Counted from the stretch's first letter, positions 48,442-61,333 are shown. The stretch: 64,000 bases of DNA from Podarcis muralis (GCF_964188315.1 NC_135656.1:50034001-50098000), one strand, 5' to 3'. Made by a program: numbers and translations. The notes: generated from the sequence alone by a model not told the origin.

Positions 48442-48585
48442 CATAGAAGCATAGAATCATGCTTCTGTGGAAGGAATCCTAAGGATCATGTAGTCCAACC
48501 CCCTGCCATGCAGGAATATGCAGCTGCCCCATACAGGGATTGAACCTGCAACCTTGGCGGTATCAGCACCCACACTCTTAACCAG
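48442..48585 (-). mobile_element. tRNA-Ile-headed SINE with CR1-derived 3' tail
   Basis: Minus strand: tggttaagagtgtgggtgctGATaccgccaaggttgcaggttcaatccctgtatggg (tRNA-Ile-like, 5'-truncated) + ctgcatattcctgcatggcagggggttggactacatgatcc...gattctatgcttctatg (CR1 tail). Confidence 0.85.
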
Positions 48586-50804
48586 CAGCGTTTGCTTGTT
48601 CCCTTTCTTTGTAATGCAATGAAGCGGGTGGTATTATTTAAAAGACTGATCTTCAAAATATTAATCACTTAGCACATTTTAATCAACCACTTGCTTTAGT
48701 GAAAGGAGTGGAAAGGCATAGAAACGAATGAATTATTTTCACACTTCCATTTTTTTAAAAAAGTCTGCAGATGGGTGAATGCTAATCACCTTTGGTTATC
48801 ATCAGTCATATTAGGTACCTTGGTATGCATGTGACAAAATGGGTAATTCTGTACAGGAAATAAAGCCAAGGGAGTTAAGGAGAGGAAAACAGAGGAATAC
48901 TAATCCAGAATAAAAGATACTCATGAAATCAGCACAAGACTGAATATACAGGGTGGGGAGGGCATCCCTGTAGCTGGACACATGGCCAGCACTTCTTACA
49001 AACCCTGAGGGGGAATACAGAGTTAGACATTGGGGTTGGGGAAGGGACCTTTTACCTCTTACAGTTGGTAGCAGACCACTGAGCTTTGAAAGCATCATAG
49101 ATGCCAGCCAACATTGGCAGGGAGACAATAGGCTAAAATAAGTGCTGGCAAGAGCAGTCCCTGGATCTTCAGCAACTCAGGATTCTAAAAGCACAGGGAA
49201 GGAGAGGAGGGCAGAGGAACAACCTTTTGGCTCTCACGAATGACAATGAAAATATGTGGTGCTGCCAGCACCACCTCAGCTGCCCCATCTCCATAGGGAA
49301 GGATCTCATTGTGATGTGTGCAGGATCTTGCTCCCGACTGCAACAAATACTCCAGAGGCCCTCCCTTTTCCAAGCAGCAGCAGCAACACACAATATTCAC
49401 CCGGGTCTGGTTTGGAAGAAGGCTCCCAAGTATAAATAATACTTTGCAGAGCTGGCAAATTCAGACTACAGTGGAAACCAGGCTGTAATCAGCAGAACAG
49501 CTGTGGATCCTTCACATCTCGTCTGGCACCTTCCCTCCTTCCTCACAGCAAAGAAACAGCCACACATGCTCCAAAAACTCTCCCACGGTTGCAAATAAAC
49601 ATCCTGGGACACTCAGGGATCCAGATGTCTTGAGAGGGAAGGCGGCAGTGCAGGGCCTGGGGAGAGCAAACGGAGCAGGTGGGAAGCGTGTGTTTGTTTA
49701 CTTGTATGCAAAAGCACCACACTCCCACTGCGATTCTGCAGTTATAACCATCCTGTGACCTGATCCACACTAACGACTGACCTCTGCAGAGTCACTCATT
49801 TGATGCTAATTATTCTATGGGTAAACAGGCAGCGATTCCAAGTATGGCGCAGGGGGTTTGGGCACACGTTCTCCCGCCCTGAAAACAAACGCCCAAGAAC
49901 TCAACAAATGTGCATCAAAAACCATTTCTCCCACATATTTGTGTTCACACTGGAGGGTGCAGTATGGCGTGTGATGGAATTTGGGCCTCACCAAGAGGGG
50001 TCTCAGTTCTGCCCGAAACGGAGCCTGACCTTCTTTTATTTCAGATGTTGACATTTCAAGGCTGAAATATGAAGACAAGTTATTTTCCTCCTCAGCTGAA
50101 ATGAAACCCCCTTAGAGACCCCGTTATACAGAACTGCTTGAGCTCGAAGTGACCCCTTTGCAGTGACTTAAGCAGCCTTTTACCCTGGAGTTCATGCTGG
50201 TTTCACACTACTAGTTTGTTTCAGGCATAGGTCAACTCAGGGGGAGGAGGTGCTTTGGAAAGGTTCTCTCTAGGCTACAGACTCCCTGCTGGGCAACACA
50301 CTCCTGCACTGCTTGGAGCTCATATTGTGGTTCCATTAGGCAGCAACACGTCTACTTCCATGACACTTGTAACCTGTTATCCAGGCTGGATAATAATAAT
50401 AATTAATTATTTTTTAAATCTTTCTTTCTTTTGAAAAGCAACAAAATATTTTTATGGGGGGGGGTGTCAACAACATTACATCATCTATTTTAAAACAAAA
50501 GTCTGAATGAGATACAGTCTAACATGTTGAAGCCCACATTTGCAAGTTTCTCAAAACTGAAACATGTCTATCAAACAAAATGAGTTAAAGGCCCAGATTA
50601 CATCACTCGTCTTCTGAGACATTATGAAAGATACAATAATGTTGAAATCCTGAACACCCTGACCTAGGGAGTAAGTTCCGATGCAATTTGCTTCTGAATA
50701 GTAATGAAAAGAATTGCACAATAAGATTTGCATTGTGTTTATTGTTTGTGAGCTGGCCTCAGAGGTGCCAGGATCTGAATGCCATCCTATCACCAGGATC
50801 ATGG

Positions 50805-50960
50805 GAACCAGTTTGGCACAATGGTTCAAATCCCCACCCAGCCATGGACTTATGCAGTAGGTGATCTTGGGTCAGTCTGCCTAACCTGCCTCACAGAGTT
50901 GTTGTGAGGATTATGCTGCCTTGGTCTCCTGAAGGGAAAGGTAGGATATAAATGCAACAG
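50805..50960 (+). mobile_element. MIR/L2-tail-type squamate SINE
   Basis: ggttcaaatccccacccagccatggact...gtgatcttgggtcagtctgcctaacctgcctcacagagttgttgtgaggat...gggaaaggtaggatataaat. Confidence 0.7.
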
Positions 50961-51216
50961 ATAAAAAAGAAATCATTAAGCCTAGATCGCTTACCTTATA
51001 TGCCTAGCTTAAGCCCTCCAATTACCTGAGTTATGCAATGTGCTCAAGTTCTCAAATGATGCATGAATATTTATGACTCTATTAACCAAACAGCACAGAC
51101 ACCTACTTTCCATCTTATGGAGAAACTTCTTTTCTTTTTTCTTGGCCAATCCCTGGCACCTCCAGTTAAAAGGATCGGGCAGCAGATGTGAAGGGCCAAT
51201 GCCACTCAGAGCAGGC

Positions 51217-51345
51217 CAGGTTGGGGAACCAGCCCTCCAAATGTGGTCAGCCTCCAGCTGCAATCAGCCCCAGCCAGCGTGTCAAATGGGATGACAACAG
51301 CTGTAGTCCAGCAACATCTGCAAAGCCACACGCTTCCCACCCTTT
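51217..51345. mobile_element. ~130-bp palindromic hAT-like MITE, copy 9
   Basis: caggttggggaaccagccctccaaatgtgg...gggatgacaacagctgtagtccagcaacatctgcaaagccacacgcttcccacc. Confidence 0.7.
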
Positions 51346-51609
51346 CCTAGATAAGGAAATTGTCTGACTTGGTATCAGGCAGCTTCGTACATTCCTAAGG
51401 GCAGAAGAAATATGTGTGTTGGGGAAATGTGACTGGAGTACATGGAGCAGTCAAGCAGTCTCTGAAGCTGGAGCCTTCTGCCTGAACATTTCCTCAAAGT
51501 TATGGTTGCATCTGCACTCTCTGCCCAAACACTGCAAGACGAGAAAAGGAAGAAGAAGAAGAGTTTGGATTTGATATCCCGCCTTTCACTCCCTTTAAGG
51601 AGTCTCAAA

Positions 51610-51712
51610 GCGGCTAACATTCTCCTTTCCCTTCCTCCCCCACAACAAACACTCTGTGAGGTGAGTGGGGCTGAGAGACTTCAAAGAAGTGTGACTGGCC
51701 CAAGGTCACCCT
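51610..51712 (-). mobile_element. MIR/L2-tail-type SINE fragment
   Basis: ctccccacaacaaacactctgtgaggtgagtggggctgagagact...gtgactggcccaaggtcacc. Confidence 0.7.
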
Positions 51713-52014
51713 TGGGAAGGAAAAGTTTGGAGGCATGATATCTTATTATTGACATAGAAAACCTAGCACTGATTCTACTGTCCAGGTTGTGCAGATTCTA
51801 GGATGCCAGCAACACAACAGATAATTGTGGATTGCAATGCAGACCTTGAAGCTTGGAGGCACAATGGATGTGCAATGGAATGGTAGCACAACATGAGCCA
51901 CATAGATTGGTCACGTATCTCTGTCCAGATAAAATTATATGGTGTTGGACTTTTGGTCTCTCATAAGCATGGCCATTCCAAACACAAGAAACACCCCCTG
52001 GCCCTCCTTATTCT

Positions 52015-52262
52015 CAGGGAAAGGGGCCATAACTCGGTGGTAGAAGCCATAGGTTCATCTCTTGGCATCTCCAGGTACAGCTGGGAAAGACCTATGTCTG
52101 GAATGCTGAAAAGTGACTGCCGGTCAGTCTAGAGTAAATAATATTGTGATTATTGTGAGCCGCTTTGCGCTCAACAATTGCTGGAAAAGTGGTACACAAA
52201 ACATCGTATCAAATCAAGTATCAAATAATACAGACTCAGTATAAGGCAGCTTCCTATATTCT
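52015..52262 (+). mobile_element. Squam3-like SINE interrupted by an ~87-bp L2-tail-like insert
   Basis: ggggccataactcggtggtagaa...ggcatctccaggtacagctgggaaagacc...cggtcagtctag [insert 52144-52230] cagactcagtataaggcagcttcctatattc. Confidence 0.7.
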
Positions 52263-55134
52263 TAGATTTCTTAACCAGCTGCTTGATTCTCCAGTAACTG
52301 CTGGATTGTGCATAAAATTCTAAACACAGATTTGCCAAAGAATAATACCTCAGCCCCTATTCCTAGTCTATGCTGATATCACATGGACCATCGGGTCATT
52401 TCCCCAGTTTGTGACCCTATAAAAAGACGATCTCCTGGCCCAATCTCAGTTGTCCCAGTGCAAATTAGTTAATGGCTGTGAGCGGGGATTTGCTACTGTA
52501 AAAACACTTCCACTTTGTGAAGCTGAGACGCCAATGAAGCAGCCAGTTGGCATTCATCTTCAAGTGCTGGCAAAGGCAAGCTTATATCAATAAAAAAGGA
52601 ATCCTCTCTCTTCCTTGCTGGTCTCCATCCATACCCCAAGAGACCTGCAGAACTACACTATTGATAAACATTTGTCAGGGGCCATTTCCTCTCCTACTTG
52701 ATTTTATTTCTGTTTGAACTGGATGGGATAGCCTTAGATTCAGGCTCTGGAAAGAAGGAATGGGTGCCAGGGCACAGAGCAGTCAGGACAACCAAAGAAG
52801 GAAAGGAGCAGGACAGAGGAGATTATTGGGCTTCCTAAGGCAAGCAGCCCATACTGTAAAAGGAAAGAGAAACAAGACTGAACGGCTGAGCTCTGGCTGT
52901 GTTAAAATGGCTGTGAATCTGCAAGCAGGGAATGAGAGACAGAAAGAGAGAGAGGAGGGCAAAGGGAGACCAAACATTTTGGACAGGTCCTGGGACAACC
53001 AGAGGGGCCATTTGTAAGGATGGATAAATAGTTACTAGGACCACCCCTCATCCCAACCACTCTTTGAAGAGAACCTGTCAGTTCTAATTTACCTACAAAA
53101 CAAGGAAGACTCAAGGAACGGTCCCAGACAACATTCAAAATCTCTGCATCATTCAACACTTGGAGCAGTCTCCAAGGAATCATCACTGCCCACCTGACAG
53201 ATTCAGACTGGGAGCAAGGCCCAGAGCCATGCATGAAAAAGAGGAAACTGAGTATTCGTGCCATAGGATGCAAATGGGGTAGAACTGAGGATACTTGATC
53301 CACCCAGTGCTCCAAAAGGAGAGAGTTGGCAGGCTGAGGGAAGGGAGGCAAAAGCCAACTACTCTTGCAAAATCAGTGCATACACTCAAATCAGCGCCAC
53401 ACTGACTTAACTTCAGATGTATATGGGATAAGCAAAAGCATAATCCTGCCTTCTTTTTCATTCACTGTTTTCAAATTCTCAGCAACTCTTATTGAGTGCC
53501 AAGATGTCAGTCATGGGAGGAACAGCAACCAGTACAAGGAAGATCGTCTCCCTGTATGCAAATCTTTCACCTTTAGTCTGCATTAACCTGCCTTTCAAAT
53601 TCTGCAATGGCTTTTGAGTTCCTGTTTGATTCTACAGAGCTAAGAGCAGCAGGTTCGAGGTGAAAGTTCAGGAGTTTTGCATTGTTATGCACAGTGGTAA
53701 TATTTTACTAGGTTGTAACACGGCAGCAAATGGCCTCACGTGATTAGCTTGTTCAGTGCCTGTCTGACCTTGTCCCTGCCCGCCCTCACTCATTCATATA
53801 TACACACCCAAACTTCCAAACATTTCCAGTGAGAAGGAAATGGGAAAGGAGAGGAAACTGGTAGGACTACTTTTTACTAAGTCATAGCTCCAGAGAGACT
53901 TCATTTTGTTCACTGCCTGCTCTGTCTGCCCTGCTACCATCAAGCAGAAGATAAATCTCCTACGGTTACGCTGGAAAAGATTTCTACAATACAACAAATG
54001 AGTGAGTTGCAAAAGCTCAAATTAAAATCTCAGCAACTCCACCTGCTCCTTGTATATTAAAGATCTGTGATATACATGACAAGGTACTATTCAAATTGCC
54101 AGTTTTTCCATAGAATACTTCCTGTGCCTTTTAGCAACTGTATGACAGGCAGGAGCTACACAGGTGAAGGTTTTCTCACTGTTGTGCAGAAACTACCAGT
54201 TGGATTTCTGCATGACATGCAACTGGCCAGGAAAAAACATAGCAATCTAGCGCCAAACAAGAACAATCCCTCAGACCCATTCAACTTTTTTATTAGCCAG
54301 AGAAGATGGCATCCCATCCAACATATAATTAGGTAGGGCCATGCTTCATTTAACATGAAGCCCATAATCTCTAGCTCAGTCTAATATCCTGTCTTCCACT
54401 ATGCTACAGCTGGCCAATGGTCAGGCAAATCATCAGAGATAACAAGGATTCTAGATTTGATGTCAAATCCAAGATCAGTTAGAGCTATGGGCTAAAATGG
54501 GGCATGTGGAACAAACAATAAACACCATCTTAACCAACAGATGTAAAGGAAACTATACAATAATTGTCTTCCACTGAAAAGGTTGGGTACAAAGGGTTAA
54601 AATGCCACAGTGTAGACCTGGCTGAAAGGTGTGAAAATATTACCATCTTAACTAGTGGAAATGTTGCTAGGAAAATTATGAGATCTCAGGGCAAGTTTAA
54701 ATGACAGAAAGAATGGAGGAGCATATGTCAGGAATGATTGATATCCAACAGGTCCTGTCACAATGCAATAGGGATGAGACATGTTGCCTGTCCCTGTGCA
54801 AGCTGACTCAGAATTAAGTCCCACTAAGTTGAATGAGACTGCTTCCTGAGTAAGTACAGACAGGATTGCAACATGACCATGCCGTCTTTACCCACCAATA
54901 ACAACATAAGCTTTCCACAGATTTAAATAGGGTTATGATTACTGTGCTGGTGATCTGATTGGCTGTTTAGTTCTGTACATCCATCATTTCCAGCAGAAGC
55001 ATATTCCATTTGCACCAAAGCTGGTATGATGGCCAGATGCCATCAGGCAAAGCCTTGTTCCTGTGCCTTTTAATAGCACCCGCACATCCAGAAATGTTTG
55101 GCTGTTGGAATTTCCAGAACCTCCTAGACCATGG

Positions 55135-55260
55135 ATATGTGACCCTCCAGTTTTGTTGAACTTCAGCTGCCATCATGCCTGGAATTTGGCCAGGATGGCT
55201 GGGGGTGGTGGGAGTTGGGAGTCCAGCAACATCTGGAAGGCACCACTTTGTCACCCCTGT
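55135..55260. mobile_element. ~130-bp palindromic hAT-like MITE, copy 10
   Basis: gtgaccctccagttttgttgaacttcagctgccatcatgcct...ggtgggagttgggagtccagcaacatctggaaggcacc. Confidence 0.75.
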
Positions 55261-56387
55261 TCTAAGGAGAACATCTTCCTTCAAACACAACTCCAACACT
55301 GAACCACACTCATCAAAAGGGAATAGCAATGGGTACTTAAGAGGAGCAAACTTGTCTTCAGACCATTAGCTCTGTTTTCATGCAGCATGTTCATTTCATC
55401 ACTAAACCTCACACCAGGACTGTACGTAGGGGTTACACCAACAATCACGCTTTATTCCATAGACCTGCGAGAATCACCCACGCCCTTCCCTCCCTGTTGC
55501 ACTGCTGAATAATAGAAGGAGAATGAGAAAGAAAGCAGGTGGCACCAATTACAATGTCAGATTGAAGATGGAATTGGAACCAATTCCCAAAACTGTCCAT
55601 TAAATCATGCTGCTAACTCTTACTGGCAACGTCCAAGAATGTTACTACATACAGAAACGGAGAAATGTGCATACACGCTGCTGCATGCAAATCTGTGGGC
55701 ACACGTCTTTCTACAGGAAAAATGTTCATTAGCACACCCTTAAATTCAAACATATACACTTTTGCATAAATACAAATACTTCCACATACATATTTTGCAG
55801 GTAAGCTTTGCTAAAATGAGACATGGTGTGCCTGATGTTTTAACGGTGTAAAGGTGGTATACTTTTCCTCTCATCCCTTTTCTATAAAGCATGGTGGCTT
55901 TTCTCATATTACTATAACAAAGGCATTTGTGTGCTTCAAAATTGGGAAATTCTTCCCCTGGAACATCTAGTGGCATCGTGACCAGACAGAACTCCTATAC
56001 TTTCAGCACTGCAATCCTTACATGGGAAGAAATCTCACTGAAATTGGTAGAACTCACTTCTGGCTAAATGGGTTTAGGACTGTGCTGTCTGTGGAAAACA
56101 TAGCTTTGTCAGATGCTGCTTGTCAGGTGGGGGGGGGAGCATTTCTCTCTTTGGTGCTGAATTCCATTGGGAGGTAATCTGTCAAGGCCACGGGCCACAT
56201 GTCAGAGATGGGCAGGACACCACCACCCCTCTCCTTCAATTGCTATCTATGTTTCCACCCATCTGCCCCACTTTGCCAGTCCCATGAAATGCAGGCCAAG
56301 GGCTGCAGCCTGCCCAATCTTGTTGGGCATAGTGAGGCTCAAGATTAATCAATACTTGGTGGAGAAAAAGAGAAGCAGAAGAGCTGC

Positions 56388-56552
56388 ACCTCAATAGCAG
56401 AGCATCTGCTTTGCCTGCAAGAAGTTTCTGATTCAATCCTTAGCATCTCCAGGTATAGCTGGGAGGGCCCCTTGTCTCAAATCCTGGAGAGCTGCTGCCA
56501 GCCAGTGTAGGCAGTAGTGAGCTAGATGCACCAATGGCCTGACTTGGAATAA
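56388..56552 (+). mobile_element. Squam3-like SINE
   Basis: gcagagcatctgctttgc...caatccttagcatctccaggtatagctggg...cctggagagctgctgccagccagtgtagg...gagctagatgcaccaatggcctgacttggaataaggcag. Confidence 0.8.
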
Positions 56553-59199
56553 GGCAGAGGCCAGTGGAGGTGAGTAGGATGGAGGTAGGAAAGTAAACAC
56601 AAGAAGATGAAAAAGGGATGCCCTTTGATACTTCCTGAAGTTGGGAAAGAGAAGGAAAAGGGGCCCTGCAGAATGTACTTCCACAGGCATCCCAGGAAAC
56701 TAGTACTTCTCATAAAGTGAGTTGAAGAAAATACCCCAGTTAGTGGAATTACAAGTAGTTGAGAAGCTGTGAGTTGGCAGGTTGTGTGCCTATTCCTCTT
56801 CCAAAAGCAGAGAGCTGTCGCCACCAGAAGCTCAGGTTTTGTGTGCTTGAGCTGAGGATTGTAACACCGATGTAACCTTGCTATGAACATGTTGCAGTGC
56901 CATTCCACACTTTTAAAGTTTAGATGCTAAATCAAAGACTGTTATACATACAGACAACCAAACAAACCTGCCAAGTGATTAAAGAGGAATTTACCAGGCT
57001 TCATGCAGGGGGTGGATGTGCAGTAAAACTGTTGTCTAAACTGGCTCCTGGAGCTGCGTTGGTAATCCCCAAATGAGCACAAACCAGAATGTGGAAGAAT
57101 CGTCTTCATATGTACCACAAAGAGGTAAAAAGACACAGTGACGAACCAAGTATACTCAATTTATTGGAAATCTTATCATTCCAAAGAATATTTAGGAATG
57201 AGAAGTGTTTGCACTGCATGCTTGCAGAAAAAGAAGAGTTTTATAAACATGAGACTGCACTGTCTCTTTAATTACAGTTGAAATCAATAAAGTACACAAT
57301 AATGCAGAAGACACCAGAATCTACCGCTTTCCTTCTTTAAGAAAAAATTGTCACAGCAAGCTAAAAATTAACCAGGGTGGAGGGAGATTAGCACATGATT
57401 TGGGAAAAAAAACTGAGATTCTTCACCTTGATCCCAGAATTGGGTTGCTCCTTTGACTGAATCTGCAGATGCCCTCAAGTCAAAAGGTCCACCATTTTAC
57501 TTTCAGGTGTCCTGAAATAAAAGGACTTGCAGGGTCAGGGAAGTTCAAGTCTCGTGAAGACACTAACACAAAGCTCCAAAATTCATATCCTATCTCAGTT
57601 ATGCAGATTGATCTTCCTACCAGTTCAGAGACTGCTCCTGGCACTGAGTTTTAAAAATGCCAACCTGTTTTCCTCAGAGATGTTCAGAGGAAAATAATAA
57701 AAAAAGTCTCTGGTGCAGTCTGGTAAAGATGGTACCTCAGGGGGGAAACAAAGTCATGTGATTAATTGCTTTCAGGAAAGCCACCATGGAAAACACAATT
57801 TTGCTTCCACTTTGATAAAGAGGTCTTTAAAAGCATTTGCTTCCCACGCTTAAACGGAGAAGTTGGCAAGCCACTGAAGTGAACATTGTCTGGCAAGTGG
57901 GATGGAAGGCAAGAAAGACCTCACTTCTGCAAATTCCAGAGACTTTAGGGGAGTTGCTTGAGATTTACTCCCCACCATAACTACAAAACCGGGCACTCTG
58001 AAGATAAAAATGAGGGGCAGTGTTTAAATTGCTACACTACCTGTCTGCATCTTATGAGAGGGTATTGAAATTCCCAGTACAAGAGCCGCAGACACTGTGG
58101 CAAAGAAAACAAGCATTATGCAGGTTGCCCTATGCGACAGAGGGCAACTTGATGCATCATCACATCTGAACTGCGTATTTCGTACATTTACTCCACCATG
58201 CAGTAGAGTGTAGCAGCTTTCAATCTGGTTCCTACTGTAATCATCCCCAGAGGAATGGTCTGCTTTCTTGGGCTTCCTTGTATAGGTGGCAATGTCCTCA
58301 GCGAAGAAGATGAAATGCTGCTAAACTGTCACTGAACAGTAGTGTTATTTTCCCTGCCACTTTGTCACAAGGTAAAGTTGACACCTCAAAGCACTGACAA
58401 GGTTGGGAGCAAAAAGCCAACTATGAGCCCTAGCACTGGAACAGACAGAACTTTCTTTTCTTTTTTCTTTTGGTGTAAAGGCATTTCCCAACTTATAAAC
58501 ATCTGCTCCTCCTGTCTCAAAACAAAACCCAGATCAGCTTCTCACAGAAATGAGCAGGGGCCTTATTATTTTTAGATTACTAGTGCGTCTTGCATGGGAG
58601 CTGCACCACGAGACTGCAGCCATACTGGTTACCATGACAACATCATCACTTCTTCACAAGACGACGACAGAGGATTGTCAAGGAAAGTAAGCAAAAGGAG
58701 CAGGGATTGGAAAAGGAAGGTGCCTAGGAGTCACCTGAGCCTACATTGAGTTATCTACATACCAATCTATTTCAGATCAAACTGCCTGCAGTGGAAACAG
58801 TTCAGAATTTTTTTAAAGTCCTCACGGAGAAGGAACTTGAAGCTCAGGTGAGCTGTGAGAGTCTCATCCCTGCTAGTTTTACTGTCAGGCCTCAGATTCT
58901 ACCTGCAGATATGCCATCCTCAGTATTCAGCTGGGCTAAATTAAGAGCCAAGGGCCTGAGAGGACTGTTGGGGCAGCCTCTTCTCTACCTTCCCTGAGGC
59001 TATGTAGGACCTTTGTGCCCTGAGGGAAAGCAGAAGCAGCACAGCACAGGGAACCATCAGTCAGTGTATAACAGGCAAAATGTTTTAATGCAGCTACTGA
59101 GCTAAGTCTCAGCAGAGATCAGCCCCAGCTGGTGTATACACAGTGAAAAGTGTTTCTTATAGCCCATACCCTCTAGGAAATTCCCTCTAAAATAAGGCT

Positions 59200-59325
59200 G
59201 AGAAACCTGTGGTCCACCAGATGTTGTTGGGACTCATCAGGCCCCAGACGGCATGGCCAATAGTCAGAGATGTGGAGAGACGTTGTCCAACAACATCTGG
59301 AGGACCATAGGTTCTTCACCCCTGC
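59200..59325. mobile_element. ~130-bp palindromic hAT-like MITE, copy 11
   Basis: gagaaacctgtggtccaccagatgttgttgggactc...gtccaacaacatctggaggaccataggttcttcacccctg. Confidence 0.8.
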
Positions 59326-60048
59326 CCTAAAGATACAGAATCCTCAGGTATTACTTCAGGATAGCAAACGCTTTTCCTTTCCAAAATAAATTAAACCACC
59401 TGCTGTGTTTCATACAGGACCAAGGGTTTTGTTTGTTTTGCTTGTATTTTTCATGCAGCCCTTTCCCCCACAAACCAGAGACCTGCCCTCAGGAAAATGG
59501 CCACCACAGCTGCACCTTAATTCACCGCCATGAACATCATGGAACCAGCCGGATGAGTGATGCTGAGCCATTTGCTCTTCTACATGCTCTTTCCATTTGT
59601 GTTTTCTCTGGCAGATGAACAAGCACCTCGGGACAAGGAAGACCACGTATTTTTTTACAGTCTGTAAATCACCCAGATGGTTTTTTGGCACCACACAGAT
59701 AATGATGATACGCCAGTCCTAATGTCCACCTGCCTATCTGGAGTCTTAGAGAGGATAACAGAATCCTCAACATGAGGGTTAAATCAGGAATTGTTGTGTG
59801 TGTATTTTTACTGGCAGACAAAACAGGAAAATCAAACAACAGAATTAGCCCTGATGAAAGCAACCTGGAAGCAACCAAGGAGAAAGGCCCATGGGAAGGC
59901 CCCATCAATAGAATCACAAACCCATATCAAACAGACGTTTACATACATACTTGCTGAAGGACACGCACCAAACTGCATTGCTTTCTCCTCACAAGGCAGA
60001 ACCTTAGAAAGTGGCACAGTCCCTCACCAACACATAATTTGCTGCACC

Positions 60049-60217
60049 CAGTGGCGTAGCGTGGGTTGTCAGCACCCAGGGCAAGGCAAGTAATTTGCGC
60101 CCCCTAACCCGTGGATTTGCGCCCCCTAACCTGTGGATTTGCGCCCCCTAACCCTAACCCCCAGATGTTGCACCCGGTGCGGCCGGCCCCCCCTGCACCC
60201 CCCACGCTACGCCACTG
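60049..60217. mobile_element. Young hAT MITE (169 bp) with perfect 8-bp TSD and internal 22-bp tandem repeat
   Basis: Perfect 15-bp TIR cagtggcgtagcgtg / cacgctacgccactg. TSD gctgcacc at 60041-60048 and 60218-60225. About 2.8 copies of atttgcgccccctaacccgtgg at 60093-60154. Confidence 0.9.
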
Positions 60218-61333
60218 GCTGCACCCAGCTAAGCCATGATTTCACTTGGGCTTTCTCTCCAAGCCCATGCTCTTTATAATCCTCTGAAGAGCACAACTGG
60301 CACAACAAAATGATTCAACATAGTTATGCCTGTTTTCTGTATGGTCGTGCCAGATCCCTGCACGATGAACTTCAATTGGTTCTTCTGCTGATTGGCTTCC
60401 CTCTCTAGTATGTGTGGTAACCTGCAGCCCTGCTTGTCCTGACCAGCTCTCAGTCTTGCAATTAGCCCCACTGACCTCTGAAATCCTCAGCCTCTCTAAG
60501 CAGCCATGCATTAAATCCCGGATCCAAGAGTGGAAATAGACTTCGTAAAAGGCTTATGGCCCTATTTATTGCATTGTACGCATGATGGGTTCTGATGGCA
60601 TGGAATAATGCTGCAGAGGCTTACTTTCTCGGCCTCCATGACCAGACAGAGACCAGGTGGCTATAAGAAAAAAGTGGTACATTCCCAGCATTTGTCTGTC
60701 ACAGTCAACACTAGGTGCTAAAGGGAGAAAGAAAAAGAAAAGAGTTCATGACTCCCAGAGTTTTTTGGTTTTTTTAAACCCTGGGATCTTGATGCCAGGA
60801 CTGAAGTCTGTCTAGACATACCACCCTCTTGCCTGGTAATCTTTCCCCTTAATTCTTGCTATGTGAAGACACTCTCTAATTACTCATTGGGGAAAGGAAT
60901 ACACTCTGTACCTGCCCAGGGCAGGGGCACTTCCATCTATTTTCCCTTCCTGTTGCAAGCTTGGTTCCTGGCATTAAAAACGGCTAAGTCTGGGACAAAG
61001 TAGAACCTGTAACTTCGTGTTTTTTTTAAATATGGAATACTTTAGATTGTTCACATGTGTTCACAAGAAAAAGGGGACAAAACCTCATTTGTGGGTGGAC
61101 AGAGAAGCTTGTACCACAGCAATTTTACTTTCAAGCTCTGGAATCATAAGGGTAATAAAGTTGGGGCAGTCTGTTCCTCAGTGCAGGACCACTGGGGGTA
61201 AGGAGAAGAGCCTGGGGAAAAGCTAATACAAATGTCATTCACAAAAAAGCCAAGTGTGCAAGCAAGCAAAAGAAAGAAGTACAACCTGCCTTCCCATAGG
61301 TTAACTCTCCTGATAGTTCTGAGCATTCATTGG

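Noticed and set aside
50989-51070. Minus-strand donor AAG|GTAAGC at 50995
   Set aside because: An in-frame TAG lies three codons upstream with no ATG between, and it sits next to a SINE.
5004-56138. Apparent excess of long G runs on the + strand (about 9 G runs versus 4 C runs) as a G4 system
   Set aside because: Counts are too small to separate from chance, and homopolymer lengths are unreliable in assemblies.
60093-60154. CRISPR-like or other prokaryotic repeat array
   Set aside because: Units are directly adjacent with no unique spacers, lie inside a hAT MITE, and the DNA is vertebrate.
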